From a candidate division WOR-3 bacterium (GTDB taxonomy: Bacteria > Hydrothermota > Hydrothermia > B15-G9 > WFZT01), in contig JALSOY010000241.1 of assembly GCA_026986235.1 (NCBI GenBank), positions 1-25,496 on the forward strand: 25,496 nucleotides of DNA, written 5' to 3'. The notes beneath the pieces are model-generated. The model had not been told where the DNA came from. It was given only the letters and a program-made list of their open reading frames with translations, and did no database searches. Of the stretch, positions 20,615 to 25,496 are shown piece after piece (within the stretch, counting starts at the first letter, position 1; each line of letters begins with the position of its first letter). The position numbers and the translations under genes were made by a program.

Positions 20615-20657
20615 TTTTAAAGCCCTAATGTCACCTTGTCTAAGCTATCTGCTTAGA

Positions 20658-20918
20658 TTAGAATAATGGTTTTTTACCCCATTTTTTCCTTGTTGAGTTA
20701 AAACCTTCTCCAGTTCTTACATAGCCTCCTTTTATATAGTCGCTCTTATTTCCTTCAGTTATATTCGTTTGCACTATCAAAGAGAATATCTTTTCATATG
20801 CTTGAGACTGTAGGGTTTGAAGCCTTAATTGATGCTCAACAGTACCTAATCTTTTATCTAAGTCTAATATTTTTTCTTTGATTTCTTCAAACATTTCGAG
20901 AATGTCTTTATTTTCCAT
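20658..20918 (-). CDS. Small hypothetical protein with N-terminal coiled coil
   Basis: 86 aa. SD AGGAG 7 nt before ATG. Heptad-like ILEMFEEIKEKILDLDKRLGTVEHQL and a basic C-terminus. Confidence 0.7.
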   Translation of the reverse strand: MENKDILEMFEEIKEKILDLDKRLGTVEHQLRLQTLQSQAYEKIFSLIVQTNITEGNKSDYIKGGYVRTGEGFNSTRKKWGKKPLF

Positions 20919-20941
20919 GGTTTAACTCCTGTCTTGAATAA

Positions 20942-20981
20942 AATTTGGACAGGGGAACCATGTTGGTTCCCCTGCCATTTT
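20942..20981. terminator. Hairpin, likely intrinsic terminator of the TAXI gene (or REP-like palindrome)
   Basis: Perfect 11-bp stem CAGGGGAACCA-TGT-TGGTTCCCCTG (20950-20974), extendable imperfectly, with T-rich tracts on both strands. Confidence 0.65.
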
Positions 20982-21020
20982 GTCTTACATCACCTCAACT
21001 TTTTGATTCGCACAACAAGA

Positions 21021-21974
21021 TTACTTAAGTATCCCCTTCTCTTTGTAGAACTTCTCTGCGCCTGGATGAAGAGGAATGGACATTCCTTCAAGTGCCGTCT
21101 CAAGGGTTATGGATTTCGCCCTGGCGTGAGCCTTGTGGAGCAGATCCAGATGGTCAAAGAGGACCGAGAGGAACTTATAGACATCTCCCTCTGGAAGACC
21201 CTTCCTGGCAACCAGGAGAGCCTTCACTGCCACTGTCGGCACAGGCTCGTCAACACCCTTGTAAACTCCAGGCTTGATCTCATCCTTGGCATAGAATGGA
21301 TACTTCTTCTTCAACATCTTGTAGTGGGCATCATCGATGGGAACGATGGAAATGGGTGTGATGATGGAAACATCCATGATGGCCGCCGCACCCTGACCAA
21401 CTGTAAAGAATGCTGCATCAATCCTTCCGTCCTTAAGGAAGTCTGCAGCTTCAGAGGCCTTGAGTCTCTCGGCCTTGATGTCATCAAAGCTGAGACCGTA
21501 AACGCCCAGGATCTGGCGGGCATTTGCCTCGGTCCCACTACCAAGTGGACCAACAGCCACTTTCTTTCCTTTTAGATCTGCAGGTGATTTGATACCTGCA
21601 TCCTTTCTTGCAACAATGTGCACTGTTTCTTTATGAAGGGCCAGAACACCCCTCATGTTTTTCGCCGGCTTCTCCTTCTTAAATACCTCTGTGCCTGTAT
21701 AGGCGTAGTAGGCGATATCGTTCTGAAGGATCGCCATGTCAACTTCCTTATCCCTTATGAGTCTTGCATTGGCAACTGACGCACCTGAGGATTCAACCGT
21801 GAGTTTGAAATCAGGTGCGTACAAATACATTATTCTGGACATAGCCCCTGCAAGGGGATAATACACGCCTGTCACCCATCCTGCACCAAGGGTGATGAAC
21901 TTCTTCTTAGCCTGGACCTGTCCAACACCCAGGATGGTGACCAGTATCACTGCAATGTGCAATACCTTCCTCAT
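21021..21974 (-). CDS. TAXI-family TRAP transporter solute-binding protein
   Basis: Start reassigned to ATG 21974 after SD AAGGAGGT. Signal peptide MRKVLHIAVILVTILGVGQVQA. Motifs G.YYPLAG, ESSGASVAN, LQNDIAYYA, ETVHIV, GPLGSGT, GRIDAAF, PLHPGAEKFYKE. Confidence 0.93.
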   Translation of the reverse strand: MRKVLHIAVILVTILGVGQVQAKKKFITLGAGWVTGVYYPLAGAMSRIMYLYAPDFKLTVESSGASVANARLIRDKEVDMAILQNDIAYYAYTGTEVFKKEKPAKNMRGVLALHKETVHIVARKDAGIKSPADLKGKKVAVGPLGSGTEANARQILGVYGLSFDDIKAERLKASEAADFLKDGRIDAAFFTVGQGAAAIMDVSIITPISIVPIDDAHYKMLKKKYPFYAKDEIKPGVYKGVDEPVPTVAVKALLVARKGLPEGDVYKFLSVLFDHLDLLHKAHARAKSITLETALEGMSIPLHPGAEKFYKEKGILK

Positions 21975-22014
21975 TGTTCTACCTCCTTTTTGATCTCTAC
22001 ATTTAAAATCAAGC

Positions 22015-22023
22015 ATTGTAGCA
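22015..22023 (-). promoter_or_regulatory. Candidate extended -10 promoter for the TAXI gene
   Basis: Minus strand reads TG-C-TACAAT about 40 nt upstream of the ATG. A TTGACA lies only 8 nt upstream of the hexamer, so it is not a matched -35. Confidence 0.45.
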
Positions 22024-22080
22024 CAAACTGTCAATACCCGAACCTTTCTCTTTACAGCTCTTCAACCCGAATTCGATCGC

Positions 22081-23301
22081 TCAGGGCAGATTAATTCCTA
22101 AATCCAACCCTGCCTTTAAGCCTCTGGTTGAATTGAAAATCCCCCTGTAAAAGGCAAATCCCGCATCTATACTGACCTTCAAGAGTCTTAGACCCACTCC
22201 CGTCGTGTAATAGTTACCTCTGTTCGTGAAAGCCATTCCAAATCTCACAGGCAAAAAGGGTATGTACCTCATTTCTGTGGCAAGTCCCAGTTTCCTCTCA
22301 CTGTAAATTTGTCCTGAACGATAGACAAAATCACCAAATACCCTGATTTTATCGCCGAACATGCGGCTCCCCAAACCCATTCTGAACTCCAGTGGAAGTT
22401 TTGAATAGAACGGCTCTGCTGGCTCAGTCCAGATTGTATCCTTGATAATCGTGTCCGGGTTGTCTATCAGTTCACCGATGGTGAAAGAATCAGAATGAAC
22501 CGTGAAGATCACCACGGAGTCCGATTCTGTCCACTTTACCTTCGCACCAATGTTCAGAATACTAATGCCAAAACTCCACCTGTCAGTTTCAAGGCCAAAT
22601 CCTATGTCAAACCCCACACCTGATCCACCCATAGAGGTGATTAAGCTCCCACTTCCATCTATGTAAATATAGTTTGTATCCGTACTTAAAGTAATATCGA
22701 GGTTTTCCAGTCTGGCATAGGCTATACCTCTAATTGCCTTGATACCCGCACCGAGGGAGAGCCTTTTTACCGGTCCGAACAGGTGAATACCAAAACTTTT
22801 ACTAAAAGCAAAATCGAGAGTAATATAGGCGGTTCCATAATTGTTGAGTTTTGTAAAGTGATAAACAGAACCGAGCTGGTTTCCATTCAATACAAGATCG
22901 AAGAGTTTCCCATAGAGGTTGGCGTCCAGATCTGCGAATCCCTCAAGGGAGATGGCGAATCCTGATGTTTTAAAGCCAAAAATGGACACCTCTCCCCTCC
23001 CTGCGGCTTTCAGTTTCGGTCCAATGCGACCCAGCAAATACCGTTTGTCTCCAGAGTCAAGGAGTTTACCTTCCTGGAAGTAATTGTTTATGTCGTTAAC
23101 GGAAAAGGCGCTGTTTCCAGCAAACAATCCGGCGTAGAGAATGTTGAAACAGGTTCCACGGGCTCTTGAAAATGAGAGCATTGCGGGATTGTAATAACCT
23201 GACTGAGGACCGGCGTCTTCGCCTGTAAGGGCTCCTGCAAGTCCAATTCCCCTTGCATTGTATCCGAAAAAGGCAATCGCTGCAAGGATTAAATTCAACA
23301 T
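22081..23301 (-). CDS. Outer-membrane beta-barrel protein, FadL/PorV/DUF5723-like
   Basis: N-terminal ARGIGLAGA...YYNPAML plug motif of the FadL-like superfamily, alternating amphipathic beta-strands (GFDIGFGL, FRMGLG, VRFGMAF, YYTTGVGL), and C-terminal strand LDLGINLP. Confidence 0.8.
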   Translation of the reverse strand: MLNLILAAIAFFGYNARGIGLAGALTGEDAGPQSGYYNPAMLSFSRARGTCFNILYAGLFAGNSAFSVNDINNYFQEGKLLDSGDKRYLLGRIGPKLKAAGRGEVSIFGFKTSGFAISLEGFADLDANLYGKLFDLVLNGNQLGSVYHFTKLNNYGTAYITLDFAFSKSFGIHLFGPVKRLSLGAGIKAIRGIAYARLENLDITLSTDTNYIYIDGSGSLITSMGGSGVGFDIGFGLETDRWSFGISILNIGAKVKWTESDSVVIFTVHSDSFTIGELIDNPDTIIKDTIWTEPAEPFYSKLPLEFRMGLGSRMFGDKIRVFGDFVYRSGQIYSERKLGLATEMRYIPFLPVRFGMAFTNRGNYYTTGVGLRLLKVSIDAGFAFYRGIFNSTRGLKAGLDLGINLP

Positions 23302-23308
23302 GACCTCA

Positions 23309-25243
23309 CTACTCTCCCATCCTTACCGTTATTTCTCCAAAAACATCTATTTTTATGTAGTCGGAAATTCTGACTGATATCGTGTCCGTTCCAGGTATGT
23401 AAATCTCCATCCATGAAGTTTGCTGATCCGCTCCGAAGATCAAAGCTTCGTCGTGGGTAAGACTGAAAACCAGCGTCGTATCCTTTTCCCCCGTTGCAAA
23501 TCCTGCCTCGTCGTGAGGTGCCGCTGGAATGGTAAAGTTTCTCATAAGTGTATCCCCTGCATCAGAGTACATGGTTAATCTGGCACCGAACCCTAAAGGA
23601 ATTCTGTTTCTTAATCTTATGTAAAGACTACCTCGGTTAAATCTATCAAGTATATCCTGGTCAACCTGGATGGAGTCAACGGATGTGTCTGAAACCATGG
23701 TATCCGGTCGGAAAATTACTCTGAATGGCGCATTCAATGTAAATGACCCGGTGATAAAGTCGTCCCTGTAGATTGATCCCCTTCCATCAATTACGGCATC
23801 ACCATCGATGATCACTCGCTGTGGAACTACGCTGAAGATACGCGAAAGGTCGAGGTTAATAGGTGTTACCACCGGGTTGTTGTGCCTGCCGGGATTCAAC
23901 TGTATTTCGAAGGTATCCGTTACAGTATCTTCAGCTCCTATATTTGTTATATACAGTTTAATCAAAGGCGCCAGATTCATCGTCTGACTGAGTTCCCCGG
24001 TGAGGTAAACCCTTGCAAGGCGGAAATTCAGTGTGTCAGGCAGATCGAGGGTGGTATCAATTTCCGGAATTTCTCGGTAAACAGAATCAAATGTGCCGGC
24101 CGCATACCTCAAGGCCACATCTTCTATTGATACATAAACATCGACTGAATCGTATCCCCGGATTTCCAACCACTGGGAATCTATAGTAGAGTTGACAGCA
24201 AAAGAAATTCCCGAGTCTCCAATTATTAGTTTCCTTCCCGCAAGGTTCATGTACATCGTCGTGGTTGAATCCGGTAAGATTCTCAAGGTGGTATCAAAAG
24301 GCATCCCGTTCGTGATCAGATTTTCACTTGACACCTCGATGGATTCATAGATGTCAAGTGGATTGTACAGGCTTATAGACAGTATCCCGGAGTCAAGTAC
24401 GACGGTATCTATGGACCCTTCCTCGAAATTCATGGTCACTCCGAATGTATCCGCTATGGAAAATCCTGGGAAATATGCCCGAGCACTGTCAACCACGATG
24501 GAATCCACAGAGACCCTTATGAAAAAGTTGTTCCTGGAGGAGACATATACACTGTCCCCTCCCGGTACCCCCATGTACTCAACGAGCCTTAAGGTGTTAG
24601 TCGTGTAAACATTAGACACCTCCAGCGTCGTGTCTATGTGTTCATAGGGAGAGATACTATCAATCTCTCCGTGGAAAATCAGGGTGGAATCACCGAAATC
24701 TCCAATACTGTAGATCCAGACGCTGTATGGAGAAATGGTAATCGGAAAGTTATTCTCAAATTGAATCCGGACAGAAGCGTAAGAGATGCTTGCCCAGTCG
24801 AGTTTTGTAAGCGTGTCCGTTGTATCGGTAACCGTGTCAGGTAAAATGGTGGGAAGAAGTATCCTGACAGAGTCGTTAACATGGTTGTTTATCGTATCCA
24901 GTATCGAATCAGGTAATGGAAAATCCTGCCAGCTTATCGTGATTCCCCGGGTAGTGAGATCTCTTACCACGAGTTTACCAAAACCCACCCTTACAGTGGT
25001 GTCCCTGTTCTCAATCCTGATGCTCTCAGCAGGGTAGATGGTATCTATGTCAGATGAGACAAAGAATGTCAGAAGGGAATCAGGCCCTACAATTATGTGA
25101 GTGGTGTCGTCCAGGAGGTCTTCTATTTTTACAGTGTCGTGAAGGATGGGGAATTGATATGTGGAGTACCAGTCTGGAACTCCGGGCTTTTTTATGCACG
25201 ATGTGAAAAGAACAACAACGCCAATTAAAAACAGCCTTTTCAT
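23309..25243 (-). CDS. Large (644 aa) beta-rich outer-membrane lipoprotein, D-S/T-rich
   Basis: Start at ATG 25243 gives MKRLFLIGVVVLFTS-C (lipobox, Cys16). P.W......P motif after the Cys. Acidic and beta-branched rich. 7 nt upstream of the barrel gene. Confidence 0.85.
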   Translation of the reverse strand: MKRLFLIGVVVLFTSCIKKPGVPDWYSTYQFPILHDTVKIEDLLDDTTHIIVGPDSLLTFFVSSDIDTIYPAESIRIENRDTTVRVGFGKLVVRDLTTRGITISWQDFPLPDSILDTINNHVNDSVRILLPTILPDTVTDTTDTLTKLDWASISYASVRIQFENNFPITISPYSVWIYSIGDFGDSTLIFHGEIDSISPYEHIDTTLEVSNVYTTNTLRLVEYMGVPGGDSVYVSSRNNFFIRVSVDSIVVDSARAYFPGFSIADTFGVTMNFEEGSIDTVVLDSGILSISLYNPLDIYESIEVSSENLITNGMPFDTTLRILPDSTTTMYMNLAGRKLIIGDSGISFAVNSTIDSQWLEIRGYDSVDVYVSIEDVALRYAAGTFDSVYREIPEIDTTLDLPDTLNFRLARVYLTGELSQTMNLAPLIKLYITNIGAEDTVTDTFEIQLNPGRHNNPVVTPINLDLSRIFSVVPQRVIIDGDAVIDGRGSIYRDDFITGSFTLNAPFRVIFRPDTMVSDTSVDSIQVDQDILDRFNRGSLYIRLRNRIPLGFGARLTMYSDAGDTLMRNFTIPAAPHDEAGFATGEKDTTLVFSLTHDEALIFGADQQTSWMEIYIPGTDTISVRISDYIKIDVFGEITVRMGE

Positions 25244-25325
25244 GATGTTACAATTATAAAAACTCACCACCCATAATTACAAGCAGTATATGCAGACTGT
25301 TCGGAAAAAGTGAGGGGCGAAATTA

Positions 25326-25352
25326 AAAATCCCCTTTTCCTGAAGGGATTTT
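25326..25352. terminator. Possible bidirectional terminator hairpin
   Basis: AAAATCCC(25326-25333)...GGGATTTT(25345-25352) inverted repeat with A/T tracts. Confidence 0.4.
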
Positions 25353-25496
25353 ACGAGAAGAAATCCACCTCCTCCAGAAAGAAAGGGGTGTAAACCACCT
25401 AAATTCTCTTATGTTAGAGCCGGACTACAAAAGATTTAAGTTATGACGCCCTGATCAACAAGTTCTCTCTGAGTGGCTCTGAAATTGTAAATTTTC

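Larger units (their letters stand above)
17464..20918 (-). other. AT-rich three-gene island, probably horizontally acquired
   Basis: Spot counts of 60-nt lines give 25-30% GC inside and 40-52% in flanking host genes, with abrupt edges at the infA stop and at the hairpin near 20950. No transposase, integrase or clear att repeat was seen. Confidence 0.8.

Noticed and set aside
20934-21575. 213-aa + strand ORF with several Cys
   Set aside because: It is antisense to the well-supported TAXI gene; the Cys/His content reflects reverse-complement codons.
24930-24965. RGITI pentapeptide in the lipoprotein, identical to the EF-Tu/EF-G switch I motif and Lit cleavage site
   Set aside because: A five-residue match in an extracytoplasmic beta-rich protein with no other GTPase motifs; chance.
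25413-25447. GTTAGAGCC...GTTATGAC resembling a CRISPR repeat after an AT-rich leader
   Set aside because: Single copy only; no second repeat in the remaining ~49 nt of the window.

Overview
The window has three parts. (1) Positions 1-17457 (+) hold the 3' end of rpoC, a strong intrinsic terminator, and an apparently uninterrupted str-S10-spc ribosomal superoperon (rpsL through secY-adk-map-infA). Its fusA is an atypical EF-G that has lost the conserved translocation loops of domain IV. The expected continuation after infA (rpmJ-rpsM-rpsK-rpsD-rpoA-rplQ) is absent. (2) Positions 17464-20918 (-) are a sharply AT-rich (~25-30% GC in spot counts versus ~40-52% in flanks) three-gene island: a small coiled-coil protein, a multi-pass membrane protein, and a 785-aa HExxH zinc-metallopeptidase-like protein with probable C-terminal Lrp/AsnC-like modules. 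This is the best candidate for an uncharacterised, possibly anti-phage, system. (3) Positions 21021-25243 (-) encode an orphan TAXI-type TRAP solute-binding protein, a FadL/PorV/DUF5723-like outer-membrane barrel, and a 644-aa lipoprotein with about 30 copies of the Bacteroidota O-glycosylation sequon D-(S/T)-(A/I/L/M/T/V). The host is a diderm that uses canonical Shine-Dalgarno sites; an FCB-related candidate phylum such as WOR-3 is a guess only. No rRNA, tRNA, CRISPR array or transposase was seen.
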